From: Podarcis liolepis
Lineage: Eukaryota
NCBI GenBank assembly: GCA_965112155.1
Contig: OZ218104.1
Strand: one strand, 5' to 3'
DNA length: 64,000 nucleotides
The translations under genes and the position numbers were made by a program. Below, piece by piece: positions 11,601 to 23,600 of this stretch. Each line of letters opens with the position of its first letter. Within the stretch, counting starts at the first letter, position 1. Below the pieces are notes generated by a model. It saw nothing but the letters and a program-made list of their open reading frames with translations. It was not told the origin of the DNA and did no database searches.

Positions 11601-14600
11601 GATATGGTATATGCTCAGATGTTTAAATCACCTGAAGCTGCAGCATTCTGCTTGTGCCGCAGTGGCAAGTGTGCACAGGCCACAGTTCAGTGGAACAATC
11701 CAAAACAAGATACATGGCTCAAGTATGTGCCTCCTACCTCCCATCAAAGGGATGGAACGCATAAGCTGGCCCCAGTCAGAGCTGGACTGAGCATGAAGGA
11801 CAAAAACCTTACCCAGCATTATCAGGGATGACCATGCATTCTGGAATGGAGAGGCAATTCTTACCTGAACTCCATTTTATTATATATTTCTCAGCTCATT
11901 TTTCAGATAAAGATGTGTCTCTGAAAACACAGACCCTGCTCTCAGGCTTACAAACTAAAAACACAGGGCACCTGAGTGTTGGTGGAGGGAAAAGCATGAG
12001 GAAGATCAGACTGATACTGGCCAGAACTAAGTGGTGAGTTGTAAGCCAGGCCAGGCTAACCTTCCTTGCTGGTGGTGCCCTCCTCATCCTGTGCCCACCC
12101 GCTCATGGCTGCTATTCCTCTGGCCAGTTCAGAGGCCAGCCTCCTTTCTTCTCATGTTCGCTAGGCAATTCCATTAGCAACTGTGAGGTCAAAAACAGGA
12201 TTGCTGCAAATCAGTCCAGAATTTGCTGGCGTTGTGTTGAGAAGGTACACTGTTCTGTTTCTCCTTTTCACTGGCTTCCCTGAGAAGTTGTCATGGGCCA
12301 AAACAGGGCAAACCAACTCCACCCAGAAGAGAAGCTGTAGGAAGGGGGGCACTCTACTAAGCATGGGGGTTAGGGGAAAGGAGGAGGGCTGCCTGGGGTC
12401 CAGATGAACAGTTGGGATAAATGCTCTTTGATTTAGCTGTGCCTCTAGGCAGCCTTGGTGGCTGGTCGTGGCTTTGCAAATGTGCTCTTTCCTATTTTTC
12501 TCAGTTTTATACATCCTCTGGCAACTTCTTCTTTGGACTCTAATGCATTGTGCGCAGGGCTGTCTTTGTAGAATATTTGGAAACTTCAGCTCTCAATGGA
12601 TGCCAATTGGAAGAAGCCCATCACCCTGACACTGATGGACTTGCTCTAACTATTAAAGCCCTAAAGGTTCCAACTCCAGGTTTCTTCAGGGATCAGATCC
12701 TCCCATACGTTAACAGCTCACCAGACAAAAGTCCTGCTCTCTGAGCGCCCACCAAGGCCTTCTGGATCAAGAAGTGCCCACTCAGCATGCTTCCCTATTC
12801 TGTGGAATTCACTACCTAGAACGTACTTTTTGTATGGCAAGCTGATTTGCTTTTTTTGATCTGCGCTTCTGATATGCTACCATTTTGATCTGTGCTTCTG
12901 ATAGGCCCCATTAGGATTAGACTGCCAACATATAAATATGAACAATAAAGGTGTTCCTTGTGAACACCACTTTAGAACGGGAGTGCAAATTCCTGACACT
13001 TCTTTGCTCCCTACTTTACACAGAGCCAGATGTGAGGATCTCCCCTTTCCTCTACAGAGAGGGCTGAAGGGCCTCTGCAGGCCCATAACAAGCTGTCCTT
13101 TGCTCCTGCACCGACAAAACACTTTGCCATCAATTAATCAGAAGTGGCATCTGTAAATACTGCCTGAGGGCATCCGACACTCTCCTGAAGGAAAACACAG
13201 CCGCCCCATCTTTCCTGCTAACAGGAAGGGGGCTCAAAATAGCAGCGCTGTGAACCTGCTGGTGAGACCAGGCACATGTTTAATGGCAATCAAATCAGGG
13301 AGCAGATCTATCTCCGACAGAGCAGAAGGAAGGGGGTAGCAGCTTTCTGATGGCCCTGTCTGCTTTGTCGGCATGCTGATTGTTAATAACCTATGCTGAA
13401 GATTCTTTATCTCAGCAAGAGATGCCAACTGATTAATTTTTAAGATGCCCAGCGGAGGACAGGGGCACAAACTTCATCCACACAGTCTCCACTTGGGCAA
13501 TCCTAACACGTTGCATCTATTGACCAAACTGGGCAAGGGGTGGCAAAAAAGCCAGAAATTCTGTGAGCAAGATGTGCCACTCCAAAATGCAGACCCAGCT
13601 TGCCATCTGCAAAGTGCAGACTCGCCCACTTTGAAAATGACAGCCAGGCCCAGTAATTTTAAGTGGATTATACACACTTTTTCTATCACAAGACAATCTA
13701 TTAGGAAGATCTTCACAGACCTTTCTCATACTTCTGAGGAGACATTCCAAGTCTCTGCAAGAAGGCTAAGGGGTCAGGAGGTAGATATATCCAAGGCTTA
13801 AAACCATCATGCCAGTGACTGGAGTCTCTGAACAAAATAAACAGTATGTGGATTCTGATGCTGGACTTGGATTCAAGAAAATCTTGTTGATGCAGAGTAA
13901 TATTTACTTTATGGTAGGAGCCTGGAGGACAGTCTTTGTATCTGAGACAGCATCATGTTCTGGTTGGGTGTGGTCTTCCAACCTGACCAAGAGAAGGAGA
14001 GCTCCCTCCTCTCCCAGAATGAAAGGGAGGGAAACTCTGACCTGGCTTGTGTGACTTTTATCAACAGGGTTCCTTAAAAAACTGCTCTGTGTTTTGCAGA
14101 TCAGGAGTGAAGATCAATACTATAAAAAGCAGACACAGTCTGGGAAGTTTTCTAGGAAAAGAAGGAGCAGCAGCCAGGAAGAAAGAGATGTATGAAGGAA
14201 GAGAGTGAGGGAAGAGCCCACCAGTGACTGCCTGCCCCCAAACACACACACTTTACAGCAGCAAGCAGGGAGGAGAGAGAGAGAGAGACGGACGTCTGGC
14301 TCCCTTGACCAAAGAGGAGGAAGGAGGAGCCATTTTCCAGAAATAGAAGCCCTGACATCTCACTGGCTCATGCCTGACTCCTCTCATGCGGGAGCCCAAA
14401 AGGAAATGGGTGGCTACTAGCAAGCCTGCTTTCGATTAGCCTGGCAAGGTAGCTTGGGTTTTCTTTTCATTTTGTTTCTTTGTGGCCTGGGGAAATCTGA
14501 AAAAGAGCTTGCATGAAAGGAATGTCACACAGACGGCACACCAGCGGCTGCTGCAGCCATATCGATGCTGCCCTTTTCGGCTACTTCCTGGGCTGCATTT

Positions 14601-17600
14601 CAGATTCTGGTTCTCAATTAGGTGGGTGAAGACAACAAGAACAAAGCCAGGCCCACCCAGATGCCTCTTCTTGCCAAGGCCACTGCTCAAAGCACAACAC
14701 TGAGGAAGGGCGACAACTCAAGGGCCCCTCATCCAGGTGAAAAGAAAGGAGGAAAAGGGAGAGGAAGAGGAGGAGGGAAAGGCCTCTTCCATTCTCTCTC
14801 TCTCTCCCCCACTCCCACTCACCAAGTAGCTTTTTGACATGTCAGTTCTGGAGAAGAGGCTGAAAAGGCCCTGACGGAGACAGCAAACTGCGCTCCCTGG
14901 CGAGCGAACGATACAAGATTGAATGCAAAGATTCTACATACTGAGACACAACAGGCAATTCTTTCCATGCCACACACCCACACCTGTCACATACGCTTCA
15001 CAGTGATGGCACTCAGCGTTTTGAGGCTCTTCAGTTACTACCTTGAAGCAACAGCCATGCTGCATCTGGGTTTGGGGCAGTGAGAGGGGGGGAAGGCAAC
15101 TAAGAAGACTTATTATGTGTTCTTGTTTCAAACCAAGAACTTCTTTTCTGCCCTGCTTCACCTCTGGGAAGTTTATAGAGGCTCTCCACAGAAGGTGGAG
15201 GGCAGAGGGGTGGGGAGAGACAACAGGAGCAGCAAGAACCAACAGGGGCAATGCTGCAGCTGGCGTCCTCTGTGATCCCAACCGACAGCTGAAGCATTCC
15301 ACATGGAAACTCCCTTATGTCATCTCAGTAACGTGGGAAATGTGGAGCACATACATTTCTGATGGGTGAATTCCATCTCATTAAAAGCCAGCCTCTATCC
15401 CCTCCTCCCTCCCTCCTGGCATCCTTGGGACAAGCGGCTTGAGGAGGATTATGGCACATGGGCAATGGGAAGGCTGCAGAGAGGCACCCTAGCAAACCGC
15501 AGCGGGTGGCACTATCTGCTGCACAAGCCCCAAGCGTGCAAGGTTGGCGGCGGCATCATCACTATCATGCAGGGCATACCAACAAGGGTTCACAGCAGGC
15601 AGGGCTAGGCGATATCAGGCTTTCAACACTGTGACATATCACCAGGTGTACATTGCAATTTAGTGATATATGCTGAAAAGGAAGGAGCACTGGCCCTGCA
15701 AGGCACTTGGGTGAAGCTGCCCCTGCCCCTGCCCCTGCCCGGCACAGGGAGGAAGGAGGCAGCCTGCCCATTTGGCTGGAGAAGGGAGTTAAGGTGCCAG
15801 CCCCACCCACAATATATGGCCAGGTCAAAACGCCATCACAATCTGGACCTCAAACCGGTCCGAGATGATGTACCAATACATCACTCAGGCCTAATGGCAG
15901 GAATACCCCAGAGGGCACATTACATACTACAACTGACCTAGGCATAGCAAAAGTCAGCTGGGTGCCCCTCTCTGCCTAAGTGGGTCAAAAAAGCCAAAAA
16001 GGCCTTGCAGGTTCTGGCCCTGATATCATTTTCCAAGGTACTGTCTCAGGGATTCTGGCTCCATGTTCAGGCTCCAACCTGCTTGAAGAGAGGCCACCGG
16101 GGGGGAGCAGGTGGGTACAGTAATCTAAAAGAGAGAGCCTCTCTGCTGCTGCCTCTCACACTACACAACCTCTCTATCAATAGGAGCTGGCAAAACACAG
16201 ACATTTGCACAGATTTCCATTCAGCTATTTATTATTTGCATTCCCTGGCTACAGGCCAGCCCCCTCATTCAGCCTGCCATGGATTTGCTTGCTTTGAAAT
16301 GGGAAACTGTGTTGCGATGACGAGAGCAGGCATTTGTCTCACACCTCTGCAGTCTCTGTGCCCACAGTCTGAAATGTGCCTTTGCAGGCTGCAATAGTGC
16401 TTTGCCAGCTCAAACAGCTTGTTCTAAGGGGCTGAGAGCACACAAGACTTTCCCCTGCAGGTCACATAGGAAACTGCCCAACACCAAGGTCCATTGAGCT
16501 CAGCATGGTCTATACCCAGGGGATCAGGACCTGTGGCCCTCCAGATGTTGTTGGACTACTACTACCATCATTGCTGGCCAAGTTGGCTGAGGCTGATGGG
16601 AAATGGAGTCCAACAACAACTGAAGAGCCGCAAGTTCCCTTCCCCTGGTTGACACTGGCTGACAGCGACTCTTCAGGCTCCCAGTCTTTTGCAGGAGGGA
16701 TTCAATAACACATTGGAAATTTGGGTTTGTGCAATTAAAGTGGATTAAAGTGATCTGACACAACAAATTCATTTTTTTTAAATAAAAAAAATACTTTTTA
16801 AACTAAAAAATTGTGGGACAAATTTTTTTCGATGGGAAGATGTATAACTTCCACACAAGCAGGTCAAGAGGGATGCCCATACTCGTATAATCTCCATCAA
16901 AACAAATCAGAGTGAACGGTCAATTGAGAGGAGACACTGTGTAACCTCTTCATACAGGAGCATTTCCAAGCCCTAGTTGTAGGTGCCTGATACCTTCTGC
17001 ATGCAAAGTGTGTGCTCTACTCACTGACCTAGTAACTGGCAAGGCCGCAACCCACACTCAGGTCTAGATGGAGCCCCTTTTGCACCATCTGTGATTTCCA
17101 AGGAAGCAGGAATAGGGTGACAAAGATCCCTCGGAGTCCAGACACACCCAGAGGTACCTTTGGCTTTCATAAGCAGCATTTGCTAGATAGGACTGAAAAT
17201 GCTCTAACAGAAAGAGGAAGGTTGCCCAGACCTCATTGGGTAGTTTCAAGGTCTGAATCTGGTTTTCCACATCTGCGGGTAGCTGTTCTACCTTTGAGTT
17301 TGGCATTTGCACATTTCTCCCTGTGTCCACGCGGTCGGGGCAAAACTTGCTATGTGGAGGTGCAAGGGGAAGTTGCTGCTTCCAGGTTACTAAACTCTAA
17401 AGCTTGCTGTGAAGCATCTGGAGACTCCAGGGAAGAGACTGCCACGGCTGAAAGACGGGCTTGATGGCCAAGCAGAATCACACCCCAGGCACCCCTCAGC
17501 CGTTCAGGCGCAGCGAGGCACACAGAGCCCTCTATGAGGAGCAGGAGCAGGAGCAAGGCAAAGGCCATTAACCATTCACACTTGAAAGTCAATAACACTC

Positions 17601-20600
17601 CAAGGACCACAGGCAGGAAAGAGCAGAAGCAGGTTTGGCCTGCTGTGGAATTATACAAGCCAGAGAAGAACATAGAGAGGGCACACTGTTCAAAGTGTTA
17701 ATAAAATACGGAAGATTTAACCAAGCGTGGAGGATCCATTAAATCCAGCCAGACCTGTTGAAAAATGGCAGTTTACTTAAAACGCCTCTCTTTTATCAAT
17801 TTTGTGTCGCTTGTAGCCATTTTTGCACAGGTACAGCATACAGCAGGAAGCTTTCATGCCCTTTTAATTGCAGCCAGACGTTCAAAGGAACAGCAGAGGG
17901 TCTGCCCTTCCTATTCTGAAAAAAACCTGTTGTGTTATACATTTTCAAGTCTCTTTGTAAATCAATGGATTATCATTAATGGAAGAGCACAAATGACTTG
18001 TCTGGGCAGAGATTCTTCCCTTAACCAAGATGGCTGCTACAGGAATGAGATGGTTGGAGGAGCTGATGTTTGTGAGTGACTGGAGGACAGAAGGAAAAAC
18101 AAGCTGGGAGTGTGTGTCTATACAGGTCATCTGTGTGTTGTGGCTGAAAGAGAGGAAAGCCTCCTAGCATGACCAGACACAGGACATAAAGCCTGAGCTT
18201 CTGCAACAGGCATATAAGGAGCCAAAATGTGAAAAGATGGGGAGGGGGGACTGCAGTCCTGACTCCATCATGGACAGGACACAGCCTTTTCCTGAAATCT
18301 GGTTGCTGTGCAATTCCCAAGATCCTGTGGAGATCACAGCCATTAATTTTGGCTTGTTGAAATATGGCCTGTGGTACTGCCCCTTGCTCAAGCAGAGTGT
18401 ATGGGAGCAGAAACAATTCCACATGGACAACCTTGTTGCATTTTTAGAATGCCCTAATACCAACAAAGCAGGAGAGATACCACAAGTTCTTGCCTTCCTC
18501 TAGTAAACCTTCTCACTCTGGAGGGGCCAAAGCAATGGCAGAAGATGAACCTAACACTGCCTTTCCCCCTGCCGAAACCACAGGATGGGACTATCCCTCC
18601 TGCCAGCCCTGCCTTTATTAAAGCTCCAGAGCAGGGAACTAAGGAAAGGAATCATGGAGGATGAGGAAAGACAGTGGAGCCAGAGGGAAAGGGAGCGTGA
18701 GTGAGCAAGCATCTCCCAAGCCATTGTGTTCAAGGCTACCATAAGCCACACAGGAAAATATGAACAGGAAGGAAACACTCTGGAGGGAGGCTCTGTCCTG
18801 CAATTGCCCATATTTCACCCACCCTGCTGGGCTCTCTGCAGAGTTACAGGATCACACCCCAAAGAGCTACTCTGACTCCTGACTCCAGGCCTCTACGGAA
18901 AAGCATGTTGGCCGAGCCTATAACAAGAGGAGAATCGCTGAAAAACTGAGCAGCTGCCACATGGCCGCTCCAGCTCCACTGCCCCCATCCGCTACACATG
19001 AAGATCTGTGTCCAGGCCGCAGCAATGCAGCAGCAGCTGGTGCTGAGTGGCGAGGGAACACAAGAGGATCAAAGCAGCACCCTCATGGCGGAGTTTGGTG
19101 ACGCGAGGCTCTGCCGGGCCTGGTAAGAAGCCCCAGCTTCTCCTGGCTAAAAGGGACACCCCCTGGCACAACTCTTCTGACTGCCCAGAACTAAGACAGC
19201 CAACCTTCCAACAGACCATGCAAAATGACAAAAAATAAAAGGTGGAAAATTCCGCAACCCATATTTTGCAGCAGCCTTCCTCTGCCAGTATGACAGAGCA
19301 AGCATCAAAGAGGCACTTGCAGCAAACGCCATCCCAAAACTCCTGCTTATCTCTGCTCTCAGAGAGATCAAGAGACGCCATGGAGCATGACTGAGCGCTT
19401 ATGGCCAAGGACTCCCACAGAGCCCAACGGTGAGCACTGGGTGTGTGTGCGTGGGTGTGAAATGGGCTTGCGCACCATTCCCCAAAGGCTCAGGATTGAC
19501 AGATACAGCACAGAATCAGCAGGCAAGGACTGTATCGCAAGAACGCCACTATTTAAACTGCTTCCAAGGGGTCTATAGGGAACACTTTTAATGTACCATG
19601 TAGATGGCATCTGACCCTGTGCAAACAAATATAAACATGAGCTTGAGGCATTGACTATTTGAAAATTAAATTCACATGGAAGAACGAGTTCGAACTTGTT
19701 TTCTGTTCCTTCAGGGAGCAGCTTCGGAATCAACGGGTTCAAAGAACAAGAAAAAGGACCTCCAGTAAACTTAAGCCGACGGCACAAGCTTTTTCTGCAG
19801 TGGAACAGACCTACCTTGGAAGGCGGCTGCAGCCTCTCCTTCGCTACAGGCCTCTTGACAAAGGCTGGACGGGCACCTATTAGGGAAGCTGTGGCAACAG
19901 ATTTTCTGTACCAACAAGGGGGTCAGATTCGCTGACCTTTGAGTGGAACAACACAGAGACAGTGACACTTAAGTCACTCTGTAATAAGCTCAGTTTGCCC
20001 CAAGTGTTTATTAAACACTGCAGAGGTTTTAGACTGCAATTCCCATCAGCCCCAGCCAGCAAGGCCATGCTAAGGGAAGACTACACAGCAGGGCTGTCTG
20101 GGGCTGATGGGAGTTGTAGCCCAAAGCCTCTGGAGGAGGGCACCAGGTTAGGGAAAGCTGAGCTGGACCAAAGCTCCGAAGACCCACAGCGAAATGAAGA
20201 TCTCTGCCCTCGCTCTATGGAGGAGGCATCATGTTCCATTCTCTGCCTCTCTCTGGCTGCTTTCTCCAGCTTGCTCCAAGGCACCAGGAGTTTTGTTTTT
20301 GTTTTTTCATCTCGGTTTAAAAGGGGGTTAATCAGCAGCGGATTCTGCCAGCATCTTCCTCAGAGATGCATGTTTTGCTTTCAGGCTGACAGCTGTGGCC
20401 TAATTTCCGAGGCAGCTCAAGCTCCTTATTTCTAACCATTCAATTTCTTCATTAGAAACGCAATAGATGAAGACGCTTCAGGAGGGCTAACAAGAGCAAA
20501 TGCTCACAGGCTTATCCAATTTTGAGGAATATGCAGTGATAAGGCTGCACCTTCCTTTTACACAGCATGAGAAAGGTGAATAAATGTTATTAAGGATTTC

Positions 20601-23600
20601 CACAGAGGGAGGAGGAGTGTTGAAGGCAGATGGCACCTTCAGATACCTTCACTGCATTCAGATATGCATAGGGAATTGGGTGAATAGTTTACACACAAAT
20701 GATTAGTGACTTAATGGCAGCCAATTAGCATCTTCTGCTACAGAGAACCATGGCTCACTTCAGATGTAACAGGAGACCATGGTTTCCTAATACTACATTA
20801 GCTAGACATCGCAAGTCTTAGGCTTCTGTATTCCTACTTCTCAATTGTGCCTGCAAGGAGACCGGAAGCTTCTGCTTTCAATTTTAGAACAGATACACTT
20901 CTTGAGGACATTGAAACTCAAGGAAGTGTGGTTTGTTTAAAAGTATAGTTACTGAGAATACTCGCTCCTGTCACGGCCCTTCTATTAATCCCCATGCTGA
21001 AATGGGGGGGGGGGGGCCTTTGTCTAGTTGGACCTGGACATCATGGGGGCAAAACAAACTGATAACTAAGCTACCCAAGTGAATAACCTAAGCAGGGTTT
21101 TCAAAAACAGAGTGTCCAACCCCTTCTTCCCAGGTGTGGGACTAACAGACCGGAGGAAAGAGCGAGGAGTGCTAAGATCACAGCCGGCTGTAATGAACTG
21201 AATGCATCCTCCAGTCACAAGACTCCACTTGGCAGGAAGAAGGCAAACCCACAAGAAGCCCAGGGGAAGGCAAACACAGTGGTTCCCAAATGCCACCCTC
21301 TTCCCAGAGAGGCACCTGCACTCTGAAGCGGCTCCCTTCTGCACACCACTGACTGTGCAGCCTCCCACGCCAAGGGCATTCATTCCCCTACTGGCCAAAT
21401 GCCCACTGGGCGCAGAAGCTCCGTCTTCATATTTAAGGCTGCTGATGGCACCGGAACAGCAAGGACAAAGAGGAGAAGCGTTTTGCTTTGCATTGGGTCT
21501 TCTTTCTCAGGGACACGTGGCCCCCCCTGAAAGCAGGACGTGTCCCTCTTCCTAGGGTTCTCCAGCAGGGTCTGGTTTAAACTAATCAGCTGCTGCTATG
21601 AGGAAAGGGAAGGGGCCGTGTCTCTGTGGGGAAATGAAGGAGGTTGGGAAATTATTCTCCTTTCCCCCATTTTTCTGCCCTGGAAAAATTCTGAACATTT
21701 TCAATCCAGGCCAAAGAGAGCTTGCCTATCTCTAGCAGGAAGCTACCAAATCGAAACAGACTGGCTTCAGTTTTACAAGTTGCTCCAACGCCCAAGAAAC
21801 CCCTCGGAAAAGCTACTCACCCCCCCCCCCATGCAAAGGTTTTTTAAAAAGCAAAAATCACTCCCTGTCATTCTGGTTCTTCTGAAAGCAGAGTTGCCAC
21901 CTGCCCCATACTGCAGATATATGCCACTTCTGCATCTACATCTAGTATAGATGTGTGTGGGGGGGGGCGGGCTTCCACATCACAAGCACTGGCATGCTCA
22001 CTTTGACCACCTACCTAACTAGGCAGCCTGCCTCCCACTCTCAGAATCTGAAGCCATTAGGCTGCAGATGTGAAGCTTAATGTCAATCAATTACTAAAAA
22101 TGAGCACTGAGACCAAGCACGGATGATCCCTGCGTATTTCAAAAGCATCCTCTTATTTATCGGGGATGCTAATAGCGCCAAAGGAGCCATTACCATCTCT
22201 GAAATGAATGGTCTTTGGCCAATATGCCTTCTCCCCACAGAATGGACCAGCTGTTTCCCAAGTAGTTATGCTTAGCCACATGTCAGCAATGAGGGGTCCT
22301 ATCCAGTGCAGATAGACCAATTAAGATTTAATTGCAGCAATGGCTACTTAGAGATTGCTTAACTAGTCAATTATTACCTTGAGATAATCTCAACACCGCC
22401 AAGAATGCTTTCTACCTTACAAACATCATGCATGCTTTGGGGGAAGGAAAGAGGGAGAGAAGTCGCTTTGTGCACAGGGCCACCTTCACCACTTTGCAAA
22501 GCTCTTGGAGCCACGAGGAAAGTACATTGCCTTGCGATGAATGGAAAAGGAGATCCGTGAATTTACATCAATGAGTAAAATAAATTGGACATTTGCCCAA
22601 CCAAAGGGTCTCCCACACAGACGCAAGATGCCTCAACATATTGATGGAGTGTGGTATCATACATTAGCTTAATTTTGTAAATAATCCTATTGCTGTATTG
22701 AATGAATCTATTGAACAAATCAATTTATTAACTAAAAAATAATAATAAATAAAGCCTGGGCTTGCAGTTTTAGGCAGTTTGCTCAGATCCACTGAGAGCT
22801 GGAGGGAGCCTTGTGGAGTTCCCGGAAGCCCAGTCCCCCCCCCCCACACCGCCAATCCCCACTACAGCTTGATGCAGGAAAGCCAGAGATCTGGAGCACC
22901 CCGGGTAGACAGATGGCTGTCCATCCCCTGCTTGCTTGAAGGCATCCAGCACAGGAGAACCCACCACTCCCCTTCAGCTAAATCAGCTCCACTGTCAAAC
23001 TGCTCTCGTCATCAAATATTTTGCTTCATGTTCAACAGAAACCTACCCTTCAAAAGGAAAAGGGGCAAGATTAGAGCACCACAGGCATACAGATAAATGT
23101 GGCATCGTACACAGGAAGCTGACTGATACTGAATCAGGCCCTCGGTCCATCTAGCTCAGTACTGTATGCTCTGACTGGCAGAACCTCTCCAGGGTTTCAG
23201 GCAAGGATCCTTTCCTAGCCCTATTTGGAGATGCCGTTGGGGATTGAATCAGGGACCTTCTGCAGGCAAAGCAGATGCCCTCCCACTGAGCTACAACCCT
23301 GCCCCATTAGCAGCACTGAGAGGCACCCATGTTGCGCTCTGGCTCCCCTTGCCCTGTGGCCTTCTCTGATCATGCAAGAGGGACTTGAATACTGTGGCTT
23401 CCATTCCACTGGTTTATAACCCAACAAGCCACCTTCTCCTCTCCCATCCTCCGAGGAACCCACTGCCAAAGTGCATTGAGCAAAGCAGGAAAATCCAGTC
23501 CTCCTATGTATAAAAACAATGCAAGACCCAAAGACTTCCAGCTTCTAAGAACAGGGGGAGCCCAGCGTGACCTCCTGCAATCCTCAGGATGAGAATTCCC

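Noticed and set aside
23240-23305. Possible tRNA gene (also about 28290-28350)
   Set aside because: The tRNA-like head runs into a SINE body and lacks an intact cloverleaf.
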